NCBI RefSeq assembly: GCF_964355755.1
Contig: NC_092680.1
Coordinates: 11,966,001 to 12,030,000, forward strand
Direction of reading: 5' to 3'
Length of the DNA: 64,000 nt
DNA from: Antedon mediterranea
Taxonomy: Eukaryota > Animalia > Echinodermata
Under the pieces are notes generated by a model that was given only the letters and a program-made list of their open reading frames with translations, did no database searches and had not been told where the DNA came from. The position numbers were made by a program, and so were the translations under genes. Positions 53,101-64,000 of the stretch are shown here, piece by piece. Within the stretch, counting starts at the first letter, position 1; every line of letters begins with the position of its first letter.

Positions 53101-56100
53101 TTTTGTCGAAATTCTCAAAATGGTCTAAAACGTTTTTAAATACGATATTAAGCTGTTTTGGGCACTTTGATGATTTGTGTGAAAAGTTTTAACGAAATGC
53201 TCAAAATGGTCAAAAACGGTTTCTAATGTGATTTTAAGCACTTTGATGTTTTTGTGTAACCAAGTTTTTTCGAAAATCACAAAATGGTCTAAAACGTCTC
53301 CAAATGCGATTTGAAGCTTTTCTAAGCACTTTGGTGTTTTTATGTTAACAAGTTTTTTCGAAAATCACAAAATGGTCTAAAACGTCTCCAAATGCGATTT
53401 GAAGATATTCTGAGCACTTTGGTGTTTTTATGTTAAAAAGTTTTTTCGAAAATCACAAAATAGTCTAAAACGTCTCCAAATGCGATTTGAAGCTATTCTG
53501 TACACTTTGATGTTTTGTGTGAAAAAGTTTTGTCGAAATGCTCAAAATGGTCTAAAACGTTTTTAAAACGATATTAAGCTATTTTGTGCTCTTTGATGTT
53601 TTTGTGTAACCAAGTTTCATCGAAAATCACAAAATGGTCTAAAACGTCTCCAAATGCGATTTGAAGCTTTTCTAAGCACTTTGGTGTTTTTATGTTAACA
53701 AGTTTTTTCGAAAATCACGAAATGGTCTAAAATGTCTCCAAATGCGATTTGAAGATATTCTGAGCACTTTGGTGTTTTTATGTTAAAACGTTTTTTCGAA
53801 AATCACAAAATGGTCTAAAACGTCTCCAAATACGATTTGAAGCTCTTCTGTACACTTTGATGTTTTGTGTGAAAAAGTTTTGTCGAAATGCTCAAAATGG
53901 TCTAAAACGTTTTTAAATACGATATTAAGCTGTTTTGTGCAGTTTGATGATTTGTGTGAAAAGTTTTAACGAAATGCTCAAAATGGTCTAAAACGGTTTC
54001 TAATGCGATTTGAAGCTATTCTGTACACTTTGAAGTTTTTTGTGAAAAAGTTTTCTCGAAATGCTCAAAATGGTCTAAAACGTTTTTATATACCATATTA
54101 AGCTATTTTGTGCACTTTGATGTTTTTTGTGAAAAGTTTTATCGAAATGCTCAAAATGGTCTGAAACGGTTTCTATTGTGATTTTAAGCACTTTGATGAT
54201 TTTGTGTAACCAAGTTTCATCGAAATGTACAAAATGGTCTAAAACGTCTCCAAATGCGATTTGAAGCTATTCTAAGTACTTTTGTGTTTTTATGTTAACA
54301 AGTTTTTTCGAAAATCACGAAATGGTCTAAAATGTCTCCAAATGCGATTTGAAGATATTCTGAGCACTTTGGTGTTTTTATGTTAAAAAGTTTTGTCGAA
54401 ATGTTCAAAATGGTCTAAAACGTTTTTAAATACGATATTAAGCTATTTTGTGATCTTTGATGGTTTTGTGTGAAAAGTTTTATAGAAATGCTCAAAATTG
54501 TCTGAAACGGTTTCTAATGCGATTTGAAGCTATTCTGTACACTTTGAAGTTTTTTGTGAAAAAGTTTTCTCGAAATGCTCAAAATGGTCTAAAACGTTTT
54601 TTTATACCATATTAAGCTATTTTGTGCACTTTGATGTTTTTTGTGAAAAGTTTTATCGAAATGCTCAAAATGGTCTAAAACGGTTTCTATTGTGATTTTA
54701 AGCACTTTGATGATTTTGTGTAACCAAGTTTCATCGAAATGTACAAAATGGTCTAAAACGTCTCCAAATGCGATTTGAAGCTATTCTAAGTACTTTTGTG
54801 TTTTTATGTTAACAAGTTTTTTCGAAAATCACAAAATGGTCTAAAACGTCTTCAAATGCGATTTGAAGCTATTCTGTACACTTTGATGTTTTGTGTGAAA
54901 AAGTTTTGTCGAAATGCTCAAAATGGTCTAAAACGTTTTTAAATACGATATTAAGCTATTTTGTGATCTTTGATGTTTTTGTGTGAAAAGTTTTATCGAA
55001 ATGCCCAAAATGGTCTAAAACGGTTTCTATTGTGATTTTAAGCCCTTTGATGATTTTGTGTAACCAAGTTTCATCGAAATGTACAAAATGGTCTAAAACG
55101 TCTCCAAATGCGATTTGAAGCTATTCTAAGTACTTTTGTGTTTTTATGTTAACAAGTTTTTTCGAAAATCACAAAATGGTCTAAAACGTCTTCAAATGCG
55201 ATTTGAAGCTATTCTGTACACTTTGATGTTTTGTGTGAAAAAGTTTTGTCGAAATGCTCAAAATGGTCTAAAACGTTTTTAAATACGATATTAAGCTATT
55301 TTGTGCTCTTTGATGTTTTTGTGTAACCAAGTTTCATCGAAAATCACAAAATGGTCTAAAACGTCTTCAAATGCGATTTGAAGCTATTCTGTACACTTTG
55401 ATGTTTTGTGTGAAAAAGTTTTGTCGAAATGCTCAAAATGGTCTAAAACGTTTTTAAAACGATATTAAGCTATTTTGTGCTCTTTGATGTTTTTGTGTAA
55501 CCAAGTTTCATCGAAATACACAAAATGGTCTAATACGTCTCCAAATGCGATTTGAAGCTTTTCCAAGCACTTTGCTGTTTTTATGTTAACAAGTTTTTTC
55601 GAAAATCACAAAATGGTCTAAAACGTCTTCAAATGCGATTTGAAGCTATTCTGTACACTTTGATGTTTTGTGTGAAAAAGTTTTGTCGAAATGCTCAAAA
55701 TGGTCTAAAACGTTTTTAAAACGATATTAAGCTATTTTGTGCTCTTTGATGTTTTTGTGTAACCAAGTTTCATCAAAAATCACAAAATGGTCTAAAACGT
55801 CTCCAAATGCGATTTGAAGCTTTTCTAAGCACTTTGGTGTTTTTATGTTAACAAGTTTTTTCGAAAATCACAAAATGGTCTAAAACGTCTCCAAATACGA
55901 TTTGAAGCTCTTCTGTACACTTTGATGTTTTGTGTGAAAAAGTTTTGTCGAAATTCTCAAAATGGTCTAAAACGTTTTTAAATACGATATTAAGCTGTTT
56001 TGGGCACTTTGATGATTTGTGTGAAAAGTTTTAACGAAATGCTCAAAATGGTCAAAAACGGTTTCTAATGTGATTTTAAGCACTTTGATGTTTTTGTGTA

Positions 56101-59100
56101 ACCAAGTTTTTTCGAAAATCACAAAATGGTCTAAAACGTCTCCAAATGCGATTTGAAGCTTTTCTAAGCACTTTGGTGTTTTTATGTTAACAAGTTTTTT
56201 CGAAAATCACAAAATGGTCTAAAACGTCTCCAAATGCGATTTGAAGATATTCTGAGCACTTTGATGTTTTTGTGTAACCAAGTTTCATCGAAAATCACAA
56301 AATGGTCTAAAACGTCTTCAAATGCGATTTGAAGCTATTCTGTACACTTTGATGTTTTGTGTGAAAAAGTTTTGTCAAAATGCTCAAAATGGTCTAAAAC
56401 GTTTTTAAAACGATATTAAGCTATTTTGTGCTCTTTGATGTTTTTGTGTAACCAAGTTTCATCGAAAATCACAAAATGGTCTAAAACGTCTCCAAATGCG
56501 ATTTGAAGCTTTTCTAAGCACTTTGGTGTTTTTATGTTAACATGTTTTTTCGAAAATCACGAAATGGTCTAAAATGTCTCCAAATGCGATTTGAAGATAT
56601 TCTGAGCACTTTGATGTTTTTGTGTGAAAAGTTTTATCGAAATGCTCAAAATGGTCTAAAACGGTTTCTAATGCGATTTGAAGCTATTCTGTACACTTTG
56701 AAGTTTTTTGTGAAAAAATTTTCTCGAAATGCTCAAAATGGTCTAAAACGTTTTTAAATACAATATTAAGCTATTTTGTGATCTTTGATGTTTTTGTGTG
56801 AAAAGTTTTATCAAAATGCTCAAAATGGTCTGAAACGGTTTCTAATGCGATTTGAAGCTATTCTGTACACTTTGAAGTTTTGTGTGAAAAAGTTTTCTCG
56901 AAATGCTCAAAATGGTCTAAAACGTTTTTATATACCATATTAAGCTATTCTGTACACTTTGATGTTTTGTGTGAAAAAGTTTTGTCAAAATGCTCAAAAT
57001 GGTCTAAAACGTTTTTAAAACGATATTAAGCTATTTTGTGCTCTTTGATGATTTTGTGTAACCAAGTTTCATCGAAATGTACAAAATGGTCTAAAACGTC
57101 TCCAAATGCGATTTGAAGCTTTTCTAAGCACTTTGGTGTTTTTATGTTAACAAGTTTTTTCGAAAATCACGAAATGGTCTAAAATGTCTCCAAATGCGAT
57201 TTGAAGATATTCTGAGCACTTTGATGTTTTTGTGTGAAAAGTTTTATCGAAATGCTCAAAATGGTCTAAAACGGTTTCTAATGCGATTTGAAGCTATTCT
57301 GTACACTTTGAAGTTTTTTGTGAAAAAGTTTTCTCGAAATGCTCAAAATGGTCTAAAACGTTTTTATATACCATATTAAGCTATTTTGTGCACTTTTATG
57401 TTTTGTGTGAAAAAGTTTTGTCGAAATTCACAAAATGGTCTAAAACGTTTTTAAATACGATATTAAGCTGTTTTGTGCACTTTGATGATTTGTGTGAAAA
57501 GTTTTAACGAAATGCTCAAAATGGTCAAAAACGTTTTCTAATGTGATTTTAAGCACTTTGATGTTTTTGTGTAACCAAGTTTTTTCAAAAATCACAAAAT
57601 GGTCTAAAACGTCTCCGAATGCGATTTGAAGCTTTTCTAAGCACTTTTGTGTTTTTATGTTAACAAGTTTTTTCGAAAATCACAAAATGGTCTAAAACGT
57701 CTCCAAATGCGATTTGAAGATATTCTGAGCACTTTGGTGTTTTTATGTTAAAAAGTTTTTTCGAAAATCACAAAATAGTCTAAAACGTCTCCAAATGCGA
57801 TTTGAAGCTATTCTGTACACTTTGATGTTTTGTGTGAAAAAGTTTTGTCGAAATGCTCAAAATGGTCTAAAACGTTTTTAAAACGATATTAAGCTATTTT
57901 GTGCTCTTTGATGTTTTTGTGTAACCAAGTTTCATCGAAAATCACAAAATGGTCTAAAACGTCTCCAAATGCGATTTGAAGCTTTTCTAAGCACTTTGGT
58001 GTTTTTATGTTAACAAGTTTTTTCGAAAATCACGAAATGGTCTAAAATGTCTCCAAATGCGATTTGAAGATATTCTGAGCACTTTGGTGTTTTTATGTTA
58101 AAAAGTTTTTTCGAAAATCACAAAATGGTCTAAAACGTCTCCAAATGCGATTTGAAGCTCTTCTGTACACTTTGATGTTTTGTGTGAAAAAGTTTTGTCG
58201 AAATGCTCAAAATGGTCTAAAACGTTTTTAAATACGATATTAAGCTGTTTTGTGCACTTTAATGATTTGTGTGAAAAGTTTTAACGAAATGCTCAAAATG
58301 GTCTAAAACGGTTTCTAACGTGATTTTAAGCACTTTGATGTTTTTGTGTAACCAAGTTTTTTCGAAAATCACAAAATAGTCTAAAACATCTCCAAATGCG
58401 ATTTGAAGCTTTTCTTAGCACTTTGGTGTTTTTATGTTAACAAGTTTTTTCGAAAATCACAAAATGGTCTAAAACGTCTCCAAATGCGATTTGAGGATAT
58501 TCTGAGCACTTTGGTGTTTTTATGTTAAAAAGTTTTTTCGAAAATCACAAAATGGTCTAAAACGTCTCAAAATGCGATTTGAAGCTATTCTGTACACTTT
58601 GATGTTTTGTGTGAAAAAGTTTTGTCGAAATGCTCAAAATGGTCTAAAACGTTTTTAAAACGATATTAAGCTATTTTGTGCTCTTTGATGTTTTTGTGTA
58701 ACCAAGTTTCATCGAAATCAACAAAATTGTCTAATACGTCTCCAAATGCGATTTGAAGCTTTTCCAAGCACTTTGCTGTTTTTATGTTAACAAGTTTTTT
58801 CGAAAATCACAAAATGGTCTAAAACGTCTTCAAATGCGATTTGAAGCTATTCTGTACACTTTGATGTTTTGTGTGAAAAAGTTTTGTCGAAATGCTCAAA
58901 ATGGTCTAAAACGTTTTTAAATACGATATTAAGCTATTTTGTGATCTTTGATGTTTTTGTGTGAAAAGTTTTATCAAAATGCTCAAAATGGTCTGAAACG
59001 GTTTCTAATGCGATTTGAAGCTATTCTGTACACTTTGAAGTTTTGTGTGAAAAAGTTTTCTCGAAATGCTCAAAATGGTCTAAAACGTTTTTATATACCA

Positions 59101-59867
59101 TATTAAGCTATTTTGTGCACTTTGATGTTTTTTGTGAAAAGTTTTATCGAAATGCTCAAAATGGTCTAAAACGGTTTCTATTGGGATTTTAAGCACTTTG
59201 ATGATTTTGTGTAACCAAGTTTCATCGAAATGTACAAAATGGTCTAAAACGTCTCCAAATGCGATTTGAAGCTATTCTAAGTACTTTTGTGTTTTTATGT
59301 TAACAATTTTTTTCGAAAATCACAAAATGGTCTAAAACGTCTTCAAATGCGATTTGAAGCTATTCTGTACACTTTTATGTTTTGTGTGAAAAAGTTTTGT
59401 CGAAATTCTCAAAATGGTCTAAAACGTTTTTAAATACGATAAAGCTGTTTTGTGCACTTTGATGATTTGTGTAACCAAGTTTCATCGAAAATCACAAAAT
59501 GGTCTAAAACGTCTCCAAATGCGATTTGAAGCTTTTCTAAGCACTTTGGTGTTTTTATGTTAACAAGTTTTTTCGAAAATCACGAAATGGTCTAAAATGT
59601 CTCCAAATGCGATTTGAAGATATTCTGAGCACTTTGATGTTTTTGTGTGAAAAGTTTTATCGAAATGCTCAAAATGGTCTAAAACGGTTTCTAATGCGAT
59701 TTGAAGCTATTCTGTACACTTTGAAGTTTTTTGTGAAAAAATTTTCTCGAAATGCTCAAAATGGTCTAAAACGTTTTTAAATACGATATTAAGCTATTTT
59801 GTGATCTTTGATGTTTTTGTGTGAAAAGTTTTATCAAAATGCTCAAAATGGTCTGAAACGGTTTCTA

Positions 59868-62310
59868 ATGCGATTTGAAGCTATTCTGTACACTTTGAAG
59901 TTTTGTGTGAAAAAGTTTTCTCGAAATGCTCAAAATGGTCTAAAACGTTTTTATATACCATATTAAGCTATTCTGTACACTTTGATGTTTTGTGTGAAAA
60001 AGTTTTGTCGAAATGCTCAAAATGGTCTAAAACGTTTTTAAAACGATATTAAGCTATTTTGTGCTCTTTGATTTTTTTGTGTAACCAAGTTTCAATGAAA
60101 ATCACAAAATGGTCTAAAACGTCTCCAAATGCGATTTGAAGCTTTTCTAAGCACTTTGGTGTTTTTATGTTAACAAGTTTTTTCGAAAATCACGAAATGG
60201 TCTAAAATGTCTCCAAATGCGATTTGAAGATATTCTGAGCACTTTGATGTTTTTGTGTGAAAAGTTTTATCGAAATGCTCAAAATGGTCTAAAACGGTTT
60301 CTAATGCGATTTGAAGCTATTCTGTACACTTTGAAGTTTTTTGTGAAAAAGTTTTCTCGAAATGCTCAAAATGGTCTAAAACGTTTTTATATACCATATT
60401 AAGCTATTTTGTGCACTTTTATGTTTTGTGTGAAAAAGTTTTGTCGAAATTCTCAAAATGGTCTAAAACGTTTTTAAATACGATATTAAGCTGTTTTGTG
60501 CACTTTGATGATTTGTGTGAAAAGTTTTAACGAAATGCTCAAAATGGTCAAAAACGTTTTCTAATGTGATTTTAAGCACTTTGATGTTTTTGTGTAACCA
60601 AGTTTTTTCAAAAATCACAAAATGGTCTAAAACGTCTCCAAATGCGATTTGAAGCTTTTCTAAGCACTTTTGTGTTTTTATGTTAACAAGTTTTTTCGAA
60701 AATCACAAAATGGTCTAAAACGTCTCCAAATGCGATTTGAAGATATTCTGAGCACTTTGGTGTTTTTATGTTAAAAAGTTTTTTCGAAAATCACAAAATA
60801 GTCTAAAACGTCTCCAAATGCGATTTGAAGCTATTCTGTACACTTTGATGTTTTGTGTGAAAAAGTTTTGTCGAAATGCTCAAAATGGTCTAAAACGGTT
60901 TCTATTGTGATTTTAAGCACTTTGATGATTTTGTGTAACCAAGTTTCATCGAAATGTACAAAATGGTCTAAAACGTCTCCAAATGCGATTTGAAGCTATT
61001 CTAAGTACTTTTGTGTTTTTATGTTAACAAGTTTTTTCGAAAATCACAAAATGGTCTAAAACGTCTTCAAATGCGATTTGAAGCTATTCTGTACACTTTG
61101 AAGTTTTGTGTGAAAAAGTTTTCTCGAAATGCTCAAAATGGTCTAAAACGTTTTTATATACCATATTAAGCTATTCTGTACACTTTGATGTTTTGTGTGA
61201 AAAAGTTTTGTCGAAATGCTCAAAATGGTCTAAAACGTTTTTAAAACGATATTAAGCTATTTTGTGCTCTTTGATTTTTTTGTGTAACCAAGTTTCATCG
61301 AAAATCACAAAATGGTCTAAAACGTCTCCAAATGCGATTTGAAGCTTTTCTAAGCACTTTGGTGTTTTTATGTTAACAAGTTTTTTCGAAAATCACGAAA
61401 TGGTCTAAAATGTCTCCAAATGCGATTTGAAGATATTCTGAGCACTTTGATGTTTTTGTGTGAAAAGTTTTATCGAAATGCTCAAAATGGTCTAAAACGG
61501 TTTCTAATGCGATTTGAAGCTATTCTGTACACTTTGAAGTTTTTTGTGAAAAAGTTTTCTCGAAATGCTCAAAATGGTCTAAAACGTTTTTATATACCAT
61601 ATTAAGCTATTTTGTGCACTTTTATGTTTTGTGTGAAAAAGTTTTGTCGAAATTCTCAAAATGGTCTAAAACGTTTTTAAATACGATATTAAGCTGTTTT
61701 GTGCACTTTGATGATTTGTGTGAAAAGTTTTAACGAAATGCTCAAAATGGTCAAAAACGTTTTCTAATGTGATTTTAAGCACTTTGATGTTTTTGTGTAA
61801 CCAAGTTTTTTCAAAAATCACAAAATGGTCTAAAACGTCTCCAAATGCGATTTGAAGCTTTTCTAAGCACTTTTGTGTTTTTATGTTAACAAGTTTTTTC
61901 GAAAATCACAAAATGGTCTAAAACGTCTCCAAATGCGATTTGAAGATATTCTGAGCACTTTGGTGTTTTTATGTTAAAAAGTTTTTTCGAAAATCACAAA
62001 ATAGTCTAAAACGTCTCCAAATGCGATTTGAAGCTATTCTGTACACTTTGATGTTTTGTGTGAAAAAGTTTTGTCGAAATGCTCAAAATGGTCTAAAACG
62101 GTTTCTATTGTGATTTTAAGCACTTTGATGATTTTGTGTAACCAAGTTTCATCGAAATGTACAAAATGGTCTAAAACGTCTCCAAATGCGATTTGAAGCT
62201 ATTCTAAGTACTTTTGTGTTTTTATGTTAACAAGTTTTTTCGAAAATCACAAAATGGTCTAAAACGTCTTCAAATGCGATTTGAAGCTATTCTGTACACT
62301 TTGAAGTTTT
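59868..62310. repeat. 1203-bp (14-mer) tandem duplication
   Basis: Identical repeat-derived ORFs start at 60217 and 61420. Matching sequence at 59881/61084 and 60841/62044, all at offset 1203. Confidence 0.88.
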
Positions 62311-62935
62311 TTGTCAAAAAGTTTTCTTGAAATGCTCAAAATGGTCTAAAACGTTTTTATATACCATATTAAGCTATTTTGTGCACTTTGATGTTTTTTC
62401 TTGAAAAGTTTTATCGAAATGCTCAAAATGGTCTGAAACGGTTTCTATTGTGATTTTAAGCACTTTGATGATTTTGTGTAACCAAGTTTCATCGAAATGT
62501 ACAAAATGGTCTAAAACGTCTCCAAATGCGATTTGAAGCTTTTCTAAGCACTTTGGTGTTTTTATGTTAACAAGTTTTTTCGAAAATCACGAAATGGTCT
62601 AAAATGTCTCCAAATGCGATTTGAAGATATTCTGAGCACTTTGGTGTTTTTATGTTAAAAAGTTTTTTCGAAAATCACAAAATGGTCTAAAACGTCTCCA
62701 AATGCGATTTGAAGCTCTTCTGTACACTTTGATGTTTTGTGTGAAAAAGTTTTGTCGAAATTCTCAAAATGGTCTAAAACGTTTTTAAATACGATATTAA
62801 GCTGTTTTGTGCACTTTGATGATTTGTGTGAAAAGTTTTAACGAAATGCTCAAAATGGTCAAAAACGGTTTCTAATGTGATTTTAAGCACTTTGATGTTT
62901 TTGTGTAACCAAGTTTTTTCAAAAATCACAAAATG

Positions 62936-63078
62936 GTCTAAAACGTCTCCAAATGCGATTTGAAGCTTTTCTGAGCACTTTGGTGTTTTTATGTTAAAAA
63001 GTTTTTAAAACGATATTAAGCTATTTTGTGCTCTTTGATGTTTTTGTGTAACCAAGTTTCATCGAAAATCACAAAATG
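62936..63078. other. Out-of-register deletion junction in the satellite (fused 143-bp unit)
   Basis: TATGTTAAAAAGTTTTT runs directly into AAAACGATATTAAGC. One GGTCTAAAAC anchor is missing, and the anchor spacing from 62936 to 63079 is 143 bp instead of 175 bp. Confidence 0.88.
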
Positions 63079-64000
63079 GTCTAAAACGTCTCCAAATGCG
63101 ATTTGAAGCTTTTCTAAGCACTTTGGTGTTTTTATGTTAACAAGTTTTTTCGAAAATCACGAAATGGTCTAAAATGTCTCCAAATGCGATTTGAAGATAT
63201 TCTGAGCACTTTGGTGTTTTTATGTTAACAAGTTTTTTCGAAAATCACAAAATGGTCTAAAACGTCTTCAAATGCGATTTGATGCTATTCTGTACACTTT
63301 GATGTTTTGTGTGAAAAAGTTTTGTCGAAATGCTCAAAATGGTCTAAAACGTTTTTAAATACGATATTAAGCTATTTTGTGATCTTTGATGTTTTTGTGT
63401 GAAAAGTTTTATCGAAATGCTCAAAATGGTCTAAAACGGTTTCTATTGTGATTTTAAGCACTTTGATGATTTTGTGTAACCAAGTTTCATCGAAATGTAC
63501 AAAATGGTCTAAAACGTCTCCAAATGCGATTTGAAGCTATTCTAAGTACTTTTGTGTTTTTATGTTAACAAGTTTTTTCGAAAATCACAAAATGGTCTAA
63601 AACGTCTTCAAATGCGATTTGAAGCTATTCTGTACACTTTGATGTTTTGTGTGAAAAAGTTTTGTCGAAATGCTCAAAATGGTCTAAAACGTTTTTAAAT
63701 ACGATATTAAGCTATTTTGTGCTCTTTGATGTTTTTGTGTAACCAAGTTTCATCGAAAATCACAAAATGGTCTAAAACGTCTTCAAATGCGATTTGAAGC
63801 TATTCTGTACACTTTGATGTTTTGTGTGAAAAAGTTTTGTCAAAATGCTCAAAATGGTCTAAAACGTTTTTAAAACGATATTAAGCTATTTTGTGCTCTT
63901 TGATGTTTTTGTGTAACCAAGTTTCATCGAAAATCACAAAATGGTCTAAAACGTCTCCAAATGCGATTTGAAGCTTTTCTAAGCACTTTGGTGTTTTTAT

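Larger units (their letters stand above)
1..64000. repeat. Tandem satellite DNA array, 86-88 bp monomer plus 78-bp variant, single orientation, probably centromeric or pericentromeric
   Basis: The GTCTAAAA anchor falls at 71, 158, 245, 333, 421, 508, 594, 672 and 760 (spacings 87, 87, 88, 88, 87, 86, 78, 88) and continues to the end of the window. Representative monomer: GGTCTAAAACGTCTCCAAATGCGATTTGAAGCTATTCTGTACACTTTGATGTTTTGTGTGAAAAAGTTTTGTCGAAATGCTCAAAAT (87 bp, 30 G/C). No unique sequence or inversion seen. Centromeric location is inferred only. Confidence 0.98.

Noticed and set aside
26183-61605. Recurrent 61-aa ORF MRFEDILSTLMFLCEKFYRN... (26183, 48203, 51665, 57194, 60217, 61420, and the extended form at 56542)
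   Set aside because: It arises wherever the B/G chimeric monomer precedes H and I. The 87-bp monomers equal 29 codons, which explains the internal peptide repeat. There is no recognisable domain or gene context, and sibling copies are truncated. It serves only as a block marker.
1-64000. CRISPR array interpretation (conserved AAAATGGTCTAAAAC motif with variable intervals)
   Set aside because: The intervening sequences are homologous to one another and drawn from about 11 types rather than being unique spacers. No leader or cas genes are present.
1-64000. Embedded transposon or LTR, inversion, telomeric repeat, rRNA/tRNA gene or CENP-B box
   Set aside because: I saw no non-satellite insert or strand switch, no TTAGGG or TTTAGGG tracts, and no TTCG....A..CGGG box.

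Overview
The whole 64 kb window is one uninterrupted, head-to-tail, single-orientation AT-rich satellite array of eukaryotic centromeric or pericentromeric type. The monomer is 86-88 bp, with a recurrent 78-bp deletion form, giving roughly 740 monomers anchored on the near-invariant motif AAAATGGTCTAAAAC. About 11 monomer types (my labels A-K) are arranged in a constrained order and form several local higher-order repeats (HORs) and tandem duplications, with periods of 340, 427, 1029, 1203, 1213 and 2929 bp. There are also dispersed block copies 5.5-22 kb apart. I found no credible genes, RNA genes, transposons or CRISPR arrays, and the listed ORFs are by-products of the repeat. I cannot assign a species or a named satellite family. 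What is interesting here is array architecture and turnover: monomer order rules, a one-helical-turn deletion monomer, in-register replacement, one phase-breaking junction and CpG decay. All periods were counted by eye from marker variants, so block boundaries are approximate.
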